Assembly: GCF_000143415.4 (NCBI RefSeq)
Contig: NW_003314309.1
Span: forward strand, 980,641-1,044,640
Direction of reading: 5' to 3'
Source: Selaginella moellendorffii
Taxonomy: Eukaryota > Plantae > Lycopodiophyta
Length of the DNA: 64,000 nt
Shown: piece after piece, positions 1 to 12,892 of the stretch
How the letters are laid out: each line of letters starts with the position of its first letter
Position numbering within the stretch: the stretch's first letter is position 1
The notes under the pieces: generated by a model
Databases searched by the model: none
Seen by the model: the letters and a program-made list of their open reading frames with translations, nothing else
Told to the model about the DNA's origin: nothing
Position numbers and translations under genes: made by a program

Positions 1-1089
1 CCTGCTGAGCATGTCTTTACGGGCACTCTGGTCTTGTAATATTTTAATTAGCGACATTGTGTTTAAGCTTGACTGCAAAACCTAAAGGAAAGGTTGTTCA
101 CACACAATATTAATATGGCTTTAAGTGTTAAAATAAATTTTATTTTTTACTAAAAATTATTTCATGATTAATTTATTTTAGAATAAACATATAAGAGCTC
201 ATTCAAGATGGTTAAACAGAAGTGTGAGTATAGCTTAGAGAATGATGTGCACAAAAAGCTTAAGCAAAGGATGAAATATTTCAATTAACACTCGGTCTTA
301 GATGAGAAACTTTATGACAAATAACTATTATTGAAAATCTTAGGGGGCATTTTATATTTTATTTTATAAAATTTTGTTAAATTAATTATATGAGACATAA
401 TGCTCAATAAGGGATTAAATGGCAAAATGCTAAACGAAAAATCTAATGGGAAGAAAATGTATGTTACTATTATCTTCTTTTATTATTATTTATAATACTG
501 ATAATAAATTTAAATTTAAAAAATTAATAGCAATTACATTAAAATATATAAATTTGAGGAAGAGTTGAAAATGATTCAAACTGTCTGCAATTGATTTATG
601 TAAGTTGAGATGCTATGTTGCATATGATTTAAACAAAATATACTTTGAAGAAATTTAGATAATAATTAATACTTATACATATAGCAATATTAATTAACAC
701 TTTTAATTTTTATTATTTGTTATTATTGAACATTCAAATACAACTCAAAATAAGTCAATTTATCAATTAAATATGAAATATAGGAAATAAACTAATATCT
801 AAAAAATATAAATCCTTTTCTATGCACAACTTTACCCCTAAAAAAATTGTTCAAAACATTTTTTTTTTAATTTCTTAGTCTATACTTCATTACTTCGTTT
901 TCGGTCACAAAAATGCTAACCAAAAAATATTGTTTTGTAAATGTGGCTAGATCCGCCATCCTTTCTTTATATAATCCCCCTCACACAAACAAGAGCTTTA
1001 GCTTATTTGAATAGTCGCAGTGGGAATATTGTCCCCAAAGTTGCCCCTTGAAAAAAAAGACACACTCAAGGAAACCTCAAAAAAGAATA

Positions 1090-1743
1090 TCATAACTCAT
1101 AGTTCCAGGTCTTCTCCAGCAGTAACTTGGGAGGCTTGGAGCTGTCCAGATTCCCAGACGCAGCCACCTTGAAAGGCCCCAGCCTGGGATCATCACTGAT
1201 CCACTCCACACCCAGCACCTTGCGGTGCGCCTCGTAGGCGAGCTTCAAGGTGTGGCAATCGGCCATCTTCTTGGAGGCCGAGAAGCTCCACGACTCGGTC
1301 CCAAAATCATAGGCGGGCTCCAGCGTGAGGCGCGATGGATGCTGGTAGAAGTACTTGAGCTGCCCCTTGCCCGACGCAAAGCTATACTTCGCCGTGAGCT
1401 TGTTGCGCGGATCCACGGCGAGCGTCGCCTCGAGCAGCGTGGCGTTGCGCTTCTGCGGGTGAATGTACGTGAGCTTCACCTGCTTGCCCGCGACATTGGC
1501 GGCGCTCATGAACTGGAAGCGCGTTGACGCCGGCTGGAGCTCGTGGTCGATGATGAAGCAGCCGGGCTTCTCCACGCCCAGGCTCACCCCCGCCGCCGCC
1601 AGGCCGCCTGGCGACCGCGACCCAAATGTGGCATCCGTGCACGACGCCTTGAGCTTGAGATCGCCTACCCCGAGCGCGAGCGTGGCCGTGGCCGCCTCCC
1701 CCGCGGCTCCGCCCTCGTACTTGCTCTTGATCGAGGCCCTCAT
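1090..1743 (-). CDS. OEP24: Chloroplast outer envelope pore protein 24-like
   Basis: Intronless 217-aa ORF. MRASIKSKYE...GDLKLKASCTDATF, VEKPGCFIIDH, RFQFM, YDFGTESWSFS and the C-terminal EKTWNYEL match the plant OEP24 pattern. Confidence 0.85.
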   Translation of the reverse strand: MRASIKSKYEGGAAGEAATATLALGVGDLKLKASCTDATFGSRSPGGLAAAGVSLGVEKPGCFIIDHELQPASTRFQFMSAANVAGKQVKLTYIHPQKRNATLLEATLAVDPRNKLTAKYSFASGKGQLKYFYQHPSRLTLEPAYDFGTESWSFSASKKMADCHTLKLAYEAHRKVLGVEWISDDPRLGPFKVAASGNLDSSKPPKLLLEKTWNYEL

Positions 1744-2322
1744 CCGGGATCCCCTGCCGCGACGAACCCTAAAAATTTACCCCAGCTCACAGATAGAGAG
1801 GGAATGCCACACAAGATATATCATGAAATATAATTATATATCATGAAACTTTGGAGCCACCAGTGGCTGCCATTGTTACAGTTGCTCCAGGCTCTCACAC
1901 TGGCTAGAAAACTTGAGTGGAAAGAAGCCACCAAAATTGTTTGCCTACAAATCTTTTTTAAAGTAGAAACATCCAATCCCTTGTAAATTTCATTTGAGAT
2001 TCCATCTCATGCTTTGTAGACTTCGCACTCACCAAAAAAATGCCACAGACAAGAAACTTTTTCCAGAGGGTTACCTGAAGGAGAAGCTATGGCTGCCATT
2101 TTCACTCTTTGCTTTTTAGAATGTAAACAAGCTCTCAACTTAAGTGGAAAGAACTCGCCGCAACTTTGGGAGAGTCAACAAACTATATCATGAATTTCGC
2201 GCAATGGATTCCTCTTTACAATGGCTGCTTTGCTTGTTGCTTTCCTTCAGCGTTGCATTGGGACAAGCGAAAGGTTTTTGCTTGAAAGGAGAGCCAGCAA
2301 CCACAGTGCCTTTGAGATCAAG

Positions 2323-3652
2323 CTAGACGCATTTCGAGCTGTAGCCGGGTCCTCCGTAGAAGAAGTATGTTCCCCAGCTGGTGTTCCTCCCGGCATCCTG
2401 GATCGTCCCAATATCGTAGCAACCGGGCTTTTTCACCGCCACCCTCGCCATGTTTTGGGCCTGCTGCAAGCGGAAGTTTGCATTGACGATCTGGATGTCC
2501 CGGTGATACGCTGCGTATTTGTAGTGAGCGTTTGGAAATGCCCCGCTTCCCATTTGGGTTCGTGTGTGCCTGTTGGCCTGGAGTACAAGCCAGAGGAGCT
2601 CAAACTTTTCCCACGGAGAAAATGAGTACCTTGACTTCGAGCACCTCTCCTCCGCAAGAAACCGCAGAAGCCCCGTTTGCAAAGTCTGGCAATGCGGAGG
2701 CTTTCCAGTAACCAACGTAGGATCCAGAAACTCGCAGCCACCAATTGCCACTCCTTGGATCCTGTAAAACACACACTACTTTGTGAGACTTTGGACGGAA
2801 GATAATTGCCTGGAAAACGAGGAACTCTGCTTCTACTTGAGTCGAGCCTGCTGTGGAAGTTCTCGAGGAGATTGCTCCGCCTAGCACGATGCTGCTACTA
2901 ACTTGGACGAATCCGTCACAACCCAAGTTATAGCAGCCGGTCGAGTTGTATCCATCGGCCTGTCATGCACAGATATATCAATTCGAAATCTATGCGAGAG
3001 CTATTAACTGTCCAGTAGACGAAGAGCCTGGGATCATCTCCACCATACAAGCTTGGGTAGATCTAAATCCAGTGTTAGAAAGGACAACATCACTCTCGAA
3101 GCTTTAACCTGCCATCCGGCCTCCATTGTGCTGCGAGGAACTCCATGGCGATCGTAAGAGGAGATAAGCCAGAACTGAGAGAGGCTAAACTCGCGTGGCT
3201 GCTCTACGCGAGGCTTCCATATGTTGATGGTTGTTTTGAATCCTCTGAATTTTCCTCGAACAAATGCAACTGCATGCTGAAAACACATGATCAATCGATT
3301 ATCAACTGACAATGCAAGAGATTTCTATGCTACTCGATGGGAACGCGTCGATGATTCGCTCGACATCAAACATGGTGTCTTCGTGTTGTTCCTGGTAGTG
3401 GAGTTGTGAAGAGGTATGCTTCCTCTTGGGCACAAAACAGGCTTGTTTGCTGGTGTCATCTTGAGATCATTGTGATTGTCATGTGGCCACATTGAAGGCT
3501 CCATCTAAGTTAAGGACATAGTTGCCACAGTTCAATTTTGCTAGTTCTACTGGTACCTGCACATCTTGATCTTGAATGCTTATGCATTCTATTGCCTCTA
3601 CACTCTTGAGCATTAGAGCTACAGTCAGTAACAATGTAAAAGTCACTTCCAT
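2323..3652 (-). CDS. Neprosin (DUF239) family secreted glutamic peptidase, multi-exon
   Basis: Signal-peptide-like start MEVTFTLLLTVALML. Exons separated by ~50-nt GT-AG introns give INIWKPRVE..EFSLSQFWL, MEAGWQ, DPRLFVYWT, ADGYNSTGCYNLGCDGFVQ, GNWWL..VGYW, GGEV, QMGSG.FP and YFFYGGPG. Both catalytic Glu motifs (EAGW, GGEV) are present. Confidence 0.85.
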
Positions 3653-5257
3653 TTTATTTGCAAGCAGCAAAGATGCGGGTGTGCTTATATACAATGAACC
3701 GGTTCTCTTTAGTTTTACGTTACCAAATTACAGTTATCTTTTAAATTAATCAATCTAGCAATGCAACAAATTAAAAGATCCTGCTGCTTTCTTGTTTATT
3801 TTGTTTTAAATAAATATACTTAAACTAACATAAAAGTCTCTTATTACTAAAGATTTTCCAGTTTTCCATTATCTACATAACTAACGAAATAAATAATTAA
3901 AAAAATAAATGATTATTAGAATTATTTAAAAATTAAAAATTATATAAAATATATAATATAGAAATATAGTGGAGCTAAGAAAATTACTACTGAATATAAT
4001 AAAAATGCAATATATTATTAATAATTTGTCAAAAAATTAATATTAAAAAATAATGGTATATAAAAATGGACAAAATATATCTTAACAACTCCCACTAATT
4101 TAATAAAATTTAATTTACAATTAATTCATGCATTTTAAAAAATAATTTTTTATACTTCTACAAATATTTATAGTATTTATTATAAAAAATTAAATTATTT
4201 TAACAAAATTATTTAATACTTTTGGAAGGACTTAGTGACTTATAGCATTGACAAGCTCTGCAATCATTTGTTTCTTGGAAAAAACATTTGTAAGAGTGTT
4301 TATTGCATTAATGGCTTCTTCCAAGTATCGCGTCACCATCTTTTGCATGCATTGTTTAATTCCCTTGACGGCTATAAAAAATATGTTTCAATATTGAATT
4401 TAAAAGTGTAGTATTTTTTGTGTGCGAGCAAATGATAGTATATAGAATTGTGTTTTGTGGCACTATAGTAGATTTAATGTCATAAGATTCTTAAGTCGGT
4501 TGTAGAATAAGTCATTAATGACTAACAACACTAGCTTTTAGAGTGTATTATTCTATTAATTTTTATCTTTCACAAAAATATTCATTTGAAAGTTTGTTAA
4601 TTTGAACATTCATTTCTTTTAAATTTTTTTTACTATTGTAATTTACATTTTGAAAGGTATACAAGAAAAAAAGATAAATTTGGATTAATATATTTATTAT
4701 CAAAGTTAAAATTACTTTGATATTTAATTCTAAATTATATACATATATTATATTGGATTGCATCAAAAGTAAAAAGTAGTATAAATTTTAGTTATGTAGT
4801 TTATTAATTTTAATTTTAGTTTTTTATTTGAGTTTACTTAACACATGCATTTTAATAACAATAGTATACAATTTTTAATGTTAAATAGTTTACTTTATAA
4901 GTTCTTTCAACAACTAAATATACAATTTCAATCTTGCAATTCAAATGCTAAATCATGTGATATTTTTTTGTTGCATCAAAAAGGAAAATGACTCATCACA
5001 TTTTAATTACATAATAATGATATTCTTTAGCTTAATATTATATCTGGATTAAATGTAATTTTTTCCCTTGTAAAAGAATATATTATTTTGGCATATAAAA
5101 AAGTAGAATATTTCTAATTTTTAAGAACAATGGGGAAGATGATTATATATCAATGAATATTTTAAATCACATTAGTAGCTTAATTAATATAATTTATAAT
5201 TAAAACATTTCTTAAAATAAGTTACAAATTTGTGAATTAACTAAAACATGCCCTAAA

Positions 5258-7036
5258 ATGGAAAATATAGTGGACATACTTCCTTCTAATATGAAGATTC
5301 AAAAGTATGTAAGGGATGGAAATAATAAAAAAGCTTTTAAAGTCTTTAATGCTATGTCAGTGAAAAATATATTTTCATGGTCTTCTATTCTTTATGCATT
5401 TGTAAAAGATTCAGATGTTGTCCATGCTAAATTGTTATATGAACAAATGCCATACCACAATCTTATCTCAAGCACTATAATGTTACAGGCTTATGTCTCA
5501 GCAGGGCATCTTGAATATGCTAAAATCTTATTTAATTCAATGCATGAAAAGGATTCTATTTCATGGACAGTTTTGTTGTTTGGATACATGAGATTAGGAA
5601 ATATAATGGAAGCCAGATTGTTATTTGAAAAAATGCCTGATAAAGATTTAATTTTTTGGACTACAATGCTGACAATATATACCAGACATGGTTATCTTGA
5701 TGATGCAGAAACTTTGTTCCTAGCGATGCCATTGCAAGATATTGTTGCATGGACATCAATGTTGTCTGCATACTCCATGTATAGCAGCTTTCATAATACA
5801 CAAAAGTTTTTTACTAAGATGCCTGAGTACAATTTGGTTTCTTTAACTACCATGTTAAATGCATATGCCCAAGAAGGCAATATATATAGTGCAAGACATA
5901 TTTTTGATGACATTCAGCATAAAGACCTTTTTTTGTGGAATTCTATGCTAGATGCTTATGTTATTAACAAAGAATTGCATGAAGCAAAAGCAGTATTTTT
6001 AAAAATGCCCAAAGCTGATATAGTATCTTGGAATATTTTGCTTAATGCGCATGCCCAAAATGGGCACTTTCAAGAGACAAGAATGGTGTTTTACAATATG
6101 CCTGCATGGGACATTTGTTCCTTCAACACTATGTTAGCTGCTTGCTGTAAATTTGATAAGCTTCAAGATGCCAAGACTATATTTCAAGCAATGCAAGAGC
6201 AAGACTTGATTTCATGGAACATTATTTTACATATGTACTCCAAACAACAATGGTTTGAACTAGTAAAGAAATTCTTTGAAACAATGCCTTTGCACAATGC
6301 AATCTCAATGACCATTATGCTTATGACATATTCCCAAGCAGGAGATGTAGAAGCTGCAAGATTTGTACTGGATTCAACTAAAGAACACAACCTTACTTTG
6401 TGGAATGCAATGCTCATAGCATATATACAAAATGGGCATCTCTCTGAAGCCACGAAAATATTTAGCAGCACTCTCAGGGAGAAAGACACCTCATCATCGA
6501 ACACAATGGTAACAGCCTATGCCCAAAGTGGTCATGTTGATCAAGCTCAAAAGCTCTTTAATGAAATGCCAGTGCGAGACATTGTATCCTGGACTGCCAT
6601 GCTGTCAGCATACGCTCAAGTAGGACGCCTTGAAGAAGCCCAAAGGATATTCCACTCCATGCCCAAGCATAATTCATTCACTTGGACCGCAATGCTTGCT
6701 GCATATGCCCAGAATGGGCAGAGCATCAAATGCATAGAGTTTTTCCATGAGATGGGCATTGTAGAGAGCCCCAATGATGTATGTTTTACATGTGTTCTTC
6801 AGAGTTGCAGCCATACGGGAGATATGAGAAGGGGTTTGCCTTACTTTCTGTCAATAACCCTTGACTATGCCATTGACTGCCCAAAGAAACAGCACTTTAG
6901 CTGCATGATTGACCTCCTTGCACGAGGTGGGTATCTGGAGGATGCCAAGGATCTCTTGAGTTTTATGCCTTTTGCTCCTTTGGCCTCAGACTGGAGGTGC
7001 TTGTTAAAAAGGCCGGACGTCTCCTTCCAGCAATGA
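5258..7036 (+). CDS. PLS-class pentatricopeptide repeat protein (31-aa repeats, truncated E extension)
   Basis: 592-aa ORF of tandem repeats like SWTAMLSAYAQxGxLEEAxxIFxxMP, ending HFSCMIDLLARGG..MPF..WRCLL. Confidence 0.85.
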   Translation: MENIVDILPSNMKIQKYVRDGNNKKAFKVFNAMSVKNIFSWSSILYAFVKDSDVVHAKLLYEQMPYHNLISSTIMLQAYVSAGHLEYAKILFNSMHEKDSISWTVLLFGYMRLGNIMEARLLFEKMPDKDLIFWTTMLTIYTRHGYLDDAETLFLAMPLQDIVAWTSMLSAYSMYSSFHNTQKFFTKMPEYNLVSLTTMLNAYAQEGNIYSARHIFDDIQHKDLFLWNSMLDAYVINKELHEAKAVFLKMPKADIVSWNILLNAHAQNGHFQETRMVFYNMPAWDICSFNTMLAACCKFDKLQDAKTIFQAMQEQDLISWNIILHMYSKQQWFELVKKFFETMPLHNAISMTIMLMTYSQAGDVEAARFVLDSTKEHNLTLWNAMLIAYIQNGHLSEATKIFSSTLREKDTSSSNTMVTAYAQSGHVDQAQKLFNEMPVRDIVSWTAMLSAYAQVGRLEEAQRIFHSMPKHNSFTWTAMLAAYAQNGQSIKCIEFFHEMGIVESPNDVCFTCVLQSCSHTGDMRRGLPYFLSITLDYAIDCPKKQHFSCMIDLLARGGYLEDAKDLLSFMPFAPLASDWRCLLKRPDVSFQQ

Positions 7037-9000
7037 AATCATTTGCATTGAATAAAGATATGGATCGAAATTCACGGATCCAACTTGTTCGCTCATGCAG
7101 GAGCATTGTAGAAATCACACAAGCCCATGCTAAACTCCAACACTTTCTTCAATGTGACCAGCATTTGTGCAACATGATCCTTCAGAAGTACACAAAATGT
7201 GGGAACCTGGAAGAAGCTTTGAAACTCTTCACCAGCACTGCACACAAGGACAGCTACGCGTGGGTCATAATGCTGAGTGCGTATGCCCGAATGGGGGATA
7301 TTCAGAAATCAAAACGTTTGTTTGATGCTATGCTTGCATGGGATTTAATATCTTGGACTGCCTTGCTATCGGCATACGCCCAAAAAGGACATATCATAGA
7401 GGCGCGGGAAGTCTTTGATGTCATGCAGGAAAAAGACCTCGTTTCATGGACCACAATGTTGCTTGCTTATGCTCGTACCGGGCATATAAAAGAATCAAAG
7501 TCTCTGTTTGATCGAATGCCAGAGTATGACCTCGTGTCAATGACTGCCATGCTTTGTGCGCTTGCCGAGAATGGTCATGTTCAAGATGCAAAGTTGGTAT
7601 TTGATTCAATGCCAGAGAGAGATCTCGTTGCATGGTCTTCAATGCTTGTTGCATTCTCCGAGTCTGGAGAATTTATTGAGGCTCAACAGATGTTTAGCTC
7701 AATTCCGGAAAGAAATCTCGTTTCCTCCACTGCCATCCTTGTTTCTTATGGTCACAGCGGGCACGTCCACAAGGCCAAAGAAATGTTTGATAGCATGCAA
7801 GAGCGGGATTTGATGACATGGAACTGTATGATCACAGCTTTCGCCCAAAGCGGTGACACAGGGAATGCAAGTTATATGTTCAATTTGATGCCTCAGCGTG
7901 ATCTGGTCAGCTGGAATGCTATTATCTCTGCATTTGCTCAAAACAGTTTTCTGGAAAGAGCAAAGTTTCTGTTTGATTCTATGCATGAGATTAATGTGGT
8001 TTCCTGCAATGTTATGCTGGCTGCATTTGCCAAGGCTGGCCTTGTCAAAGAGACAAAGGAAGTGTTTGAAAACATGAAAGAGAGAAATCTCTTGTCCTGG
8101 AATTCTATGCTCTTGGCATATGCCCGAAAAGGAGACGTCAAAGAGTGTAGAGACTTGTTTAACAGGCTTAAAGAGAGGGATGTGGTATCATGGAATACAT
8201 TGCTGGTTGGTTATGCTCTAAACGGGCATCTAAGAGAGGCTGAGGAAGTCTACTCCTTGATGCCCGAATGGAATTTAGTTTCTACAAGCACTATGGTAGC
8301 TTCATATTCCCAGAACGGGCATCTCGAAAAAGCCAAGCATCTCTTTGATCAGGTGCCAAACCACAACATTTTCTCCAGGACAGGGATGCTCTCGGCATAT
8401 GCTCAAAACGGGCATCTCGAAGATGCCTGGAAAATCTTTTACTCAATGAGTGAACGAACCCTTGTCACCTGGACTGCAGTGCTTGCCGCATATGCCCAAA
8501 ACGGCCATACATCCAAAGCAAAGCAAATATTCGACACCATGGGCGAATTGGATGCTGCTGCGTGGAATGCCATGCTTGCAGCATATGCCAAAAACGGGGA
8601 GCCTGAAAGAGCACTGGAGCTCTTCAGTGAGATATGTCTTTGCTCTCAAACACCTGATGAATTCTCGTTCATCGTTTGCCTTCTTTCTTCCAGCCATGTA
8701 GGAGATACTTATATGTCCTGGCTTAGATTTTGCTCCATTAGTACCGATTTCGGGATAAAGCACACAAGGCAGCACTACATTTGCATGATCGATGTCTTGG
8801 GCCGGGCAGGATATGTTGCAAATGCCGAGGATTTGATTGCAACCATGCCGTTTGCACCAGATTCTCTGGAATGGGTGTGTTTGCTTGGGGCTTGTAGAAG
8901 CAACAAAGATGTGAATGGAAGCGCTAGGGTAGCAAAGACATTGCTGGAGCTAGAACCAAGCAATTCAGCTGCCTATGTGATGCTAGCCAACACTTTGTAA
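7033..9000 (+). CDS. PLS-E class PPR protein (organellar RNA editing factor-like)
   Basis: Tandem 31-aa PPR repeats and an E domain (HYICMIDVLGRAG..WVCLLGACR..LELEPSNSAAYVMLANTL). First ATG at 7033 overlaps the upstream stop (ATGA). Confidence 0.9.
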   Translation: MKSFALNKDMDRNSRIQLVRSCRSIVEITQAHAKLQHFLQCDQHLCNMILQKYTKCGNLEEALKLFTSTAHKDSYAWVIMLSAYARMGDIQKSKRLFDAMLAWDLISWTALLSAYAQKGHIIEAREVFDVMQEKDLVSWTTMLLAYARTGHIKESKSLFDRMPEYDLVSMTAMLCALAENGHVQDAKLVFDSMPERDLVAWSSMLVAFSESGEFIEAQQMFSSIPERNLVSSTAILVSYGHSGHVHKAKEMFDSMQERDLMTWNCMITAFAQSGDTGNASYMFNLMPQRDLVSWNAIISAFAQNSFLERAKFLFDSMHEINVVSCNVMLAAFAKAGLVKETKEVFENMKERNLLSWNSMLLAYARKGDVKECRDLFNRLKERDVVSWNTLLVGYALNGHLREAEEVYSLMPEWNLVSTSTMVASYSQNGHLEKAKHLFDQVPNHNIFSRTGMLSAYAQNGHLEDAWKIFYSMSERTLVTWTAVLAAYAQNGHTSKAKQIFDTMGELDAAAWNAMLAAYAKNGEPERALELFSEICLCSQTPDEFSFIVCLLSSSHVGDTYMSWLRFCSISTDFGIKHTRQHYICMIDVLGRAGYVANAEDLIATMPFAPDSLEWVCLLGACRSNKDVNGSARVAKTLLELEPSNSAAYVMLANTL

Positions 9001-9087
9001 ACACAAATGCCAAATTCCCGCGGTTTTTTGAATTTAAAATATACTTTGTGAATATTCTCGAGGGTTTTAGTTGCCCTAAATGGATTC

Positions 9088-11474
9088 ATGAGAAAGTATC
9101 TGGCGAGCTCCACTGCGAGGTAAGATTTTCTGGAATGTAGAACGAGAGAGTGATCTTTCTTTCTAACAGGATCAAACTTGTAAGAGCTTACCGTGCATCG
9201 AGCTTAGCGAATTTCTCCAAATCTTCCAAGGAGAGCAGTGATGTATTTGAGACGATCGTTGAGCGTCGAGACTTGGCGTTTTATACGGTGGCAATGGCAG
9301 CTTGCGCTCGCGAGTGGCGCTCCAAAGACTCTCTGGATCTCTTTCATGCGATGCTTGCCGAGGGCCTCCACTTTGACGCTCTCGGCCTCGTCGTATCTCT
9401 CAACTCTCGCTGCGTTGCCGGGCCTGGAAACCTCTCCATGGTGGAGAGAATCCACTCCTGGTTACTGGAAAACGATCGAAAACTCAGTGCCACAACTGGA
9501 ACAGCGCTGCTAAAGATGTACCTCAAGTGTGGGAGCGTCGAGCGAGCCGAGAAAGTCTTCCAGGAGATGACCCACCGGAACGTAAAGACTTGGACGATTC
9601 TCATCGCGGCACTGGGCGAGAGAGGCTCGATCGAGGAAGCCATGGTAGCTTTCCGAGCAATGCAGCTCGATGGGATCCAGCCAAACAGCTTCACTCTCGT
9701 CGCCATCTTCCAAGCTTGCGCCACACGGCTTGAATCCAGAGAAGACGATCGAGTGAAAGCTCTTTGCAACCAGGCCGTGGAGAGCGGCCTGCTAGCGTCG
9801 AGTTCCTGGAACGTCATCGTCGCCACGGCCGTGATTGGCACCTATGGAAAGTGCGGCAGTGTCGACAAGGCGCTGGAAGTATTCGAGAGAACTCCCAGGG
9901 AGTCGAGGGATGTCGTAGCATGGAACTCGATCATCACAGTCTTCGTGGAGCAAAACAAGCCGGAGCTCGCACTCAAACTCTTCCAGGAGATGCAGCTGGA
10001 AGGCGAGGAGCCGACGAGAATCACGCTCTTGAAAGTTTTAGCAGCAGCCACAGCCTCAAGAGATCTCGGCGTTGGTCGTTTGATCCACCGCGAAGCTCGG
10101 TTTCGATCGATGGACAGAGACTTGGTCGTAGGCACTGCGCTGGCGAGCATGTATAGCAAACTTGGCCGAGTGGAGGAGCTCTTGGAGGTGATGGAGAGGA
10201 TCGAGCAAGGCGGCCGCGACTTGGTGTGCTGGAACATGATAATCTCGGCGCTCGTCCAGCATTCTCGGAGCAAAGAAGCACTGGCCTACTTCCGGGAGAT
10301 GAATCTCCAAGGAGTAAAACCCGATCGAGTGACGCTCGCTCCACTCATCAGCAGCGCCACCTTTCCAGAGAACGAATCCAAGGTGATCCTTTGCGAAATC
10401 TCGCGGAGTGGACTCTCGAGCAACGCTGGTATCAGCAACGCCATCTTGAACTTCCATGCGAAAGGCCGGAGGCTCGAAGAGGCGAGGAGAGTCTTCGATG
10501 GAATCCAAGAGCGAGACCTCGTGTCGTGGAATTCGATGATCTCGGCCTACGCCGCGGAGGGATTCGCAAGAGAGGCCGTGATCCTCTTCCACCGGATGAA
10601 ACAAGAGGGATTCCAGCCGAGTAGCGTGACTTCCACCGTGATCTTCGCTGCTTTCTCGGAGCTCCACGGCTTGGAAGAAGCTTGCCGGGTGGTGACAGTC
10701 GAGGAGAACTTGGAGCCAGCATCGCTGTGGAGCCTCCTGATCTCTACGTGCGCGCAGCAGGGTCGATCCAAGCAAGCGCTGGAAATCTTTCGAGCCATGC
10801 AGCTCCAAGGGATGCGAGTGGACAGGGAAACGCTCGTTCCAGTCATCGTCTCTTGTGGAGCTTGCTCGGCTCTGCGAGAAGGCCGCTTGATCCACCAAGA
10901 ACTCCAAAGATCAGCTCCAACGATCCTGGAGGAGGACACTCGGCTCAAAAACGCGATGATCGACATGTATGGACGTAGCGGCAAGCTCCTCAACGTTGCC
11001 CACCAGATTTTCACCGAGATCAAGCAGCCGAGCGTGATCTCCTGGACGGCGATCGTCGCGGCCTACGCCCAGAATGGCCGCGTCGGAGAAGCCACTCTCC
11101 TCTTCCATCTCATGAAACTAGACGGCTCCTCGCCCGACACGCTCACCTTCACCACGATCCTGTCGCTGTATAGCCATGCCGGGCTCCTGGAAGATGGCTG
11201 CCACTGCTTTGGATCGATCTCCCGGGACCATTTCCTGGCACCAGCCCCGCAGCACTACAACTGCGTGATCGATCTCCTGGGCCGCGCCGGGCGGATCGAG
11301 GACGCGGAGGGTTTCGTCCGGGGAATGCCGTGCGCCACATCGGCGCCCGCCTGGACGGCGTTGCTGAGCGCATGTAAAACCCAGGGTGATGTCGATCGAG
11401 GGAAGCGAATCGCGGACGGCGTAGCGGAGTGCTCCACGGCGTACATCGGACTGATCTCTAGCGAAGAACCCTAA
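9088..11474 (+). CDS. PLS-class PPR protein with E extension
   Basis: P-L-S repeats, HYNCVIDLLGRAG, WTALLSACK. A probable first exon 9088-9119 and a 50-nt GT-AG intron 9120-9169 join in frame to the long ORF. Confidence 0.88.
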
Positions 11475-11871
11475 GTTAAACTTCCCTGTCAATGATAGCA
11501 ATATTTTGGAATAACTCATGTAGAAAAGTATTAAATTAATTACAGATTAGTTAGTTCTGTCCAATTCGCTCAGGAAGAACTTGCTGTGCCGCATGAGAAG
11601 GCTATGCATTGTTACCAGACTCAAGGAAAAACCGGGACCGAGGTTGAGAGCTTGCGTCTCCTCCCGGCTTGCTGTAGGCAGCTATAGGATCCCGGATTAA
11701 CGCTTGGCCTAGAACAATCTGGAGTGATTGGGACCATGGATCAAAGAAGAACAAAAGGTTCCATAGGTGAAAGAGCTAATCGGGAGGATTCTGTTGGAAG
11801 CCATTTTGATGCACGGCGGCATTCTTTTTCCAAAGCGTTTGACTGATGATAGAAGCATTTTCTCATGATTT

Positions 11872-12892
11872 TCACTTGTCTACAGTTATAGGCAGTGACT
11901 TCGGCCTCCATATTTGGGGTTGGTTCAAGCCGTGCGCATCGTCCAAAGCTTTGAGAAGCCGTTTCCAGCCAACATACACGCTTTCCACCGTCAAGACGAG
12001 GAGATCCGTTGGTGGAAACAAGTGAGTGATGGCTGTTTCTTTGCTGAACCGGAATTCCAGATCGCCATTGTCAGAGACAACTTGCTCGAAGGACTGCTCG
12101 CCCCTTGCCCTCTCAAAACACTCACGGTAGTCATCCATGTCCACAAACGGCGGCTCTTCCTTCTTGCTTTCCACAAAAAAATACGAGTGGAACTGGTAGA
12201 ACGCCTTGGAGCAACCTGGCGAGCAGGATGCGTCCAACTCGGCCGTTCCCATCGCAGAATGGGTGGATGCTCTCGAGTTTGAAGAAAAAGGATACGCCGA
12301 GCTTGATCCATTTCTCCGTTCTTTCCACAGGCTCGCGGATGGCACAGACTCGCTGGATTTCAGCATTTGTATCTCGGATGAGCTCTTCTAGAGCGCTTGC
12401 CACTTCAGTCGGCCACATGTACACGCTGGTGACGGCTACCTCCTTCCCCTCCCTGCTGTGGGAAGCTCTGAGCCCAATATGGTCTTGTGCAGCTCTAGTA
12501 TTCCAGTGACAGTCAGCTCCAGAGAGCTTTCTCGAGGTGAAACAGGTCCTTGCTTATCTCACCGGACCCAATTTCCGACTTAAACGAGCTAAACGAGTGA
12601 AAATCTTTGGGACGATTAACGTCGTAGAGGAAAAGGAGACTTCCTTTCCTCGCATAAGTGTTGAAGAGCCACTCTTTTATCGCACTGGCCTCTCTGCTAC
12701 CGTCCAGCCCGCCGCCATCGCCTCTTTGGTCGCCTCAAGCGAATCAATGCCCTCGCCCCAGGCATAGGCGCAGAGCCGAGCATACCTTCTCATGGATTCG
12801 TGGATCCCTTTGAGCATCTGGCTGGTCTGCAGGACGGGATCGCCAACACATACTCGCTCTCGCCTCCAAAACGGTTCTTCTACAAGCTCCAT
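11872..12892 (-). pseudogene. Fic/Doc domain protein pseudogene (paralog of 59797-60867)
   Basis: Fragments in different frames: PFWRRERVCVGDP, HPFCDGNGRVGR, EPPFVDMDDYRECFE..ESVYVGWKRL. They are colinear with the intact copy. Confidence 0.8.

Noticed and set aside
9204-11519. Many antisense and alternate-frame ORFs over the GC-rich PPR (also over the Fic and OEP24 genes)
   Set aside because: Shadow ORFs of GC-rich coding sequence.
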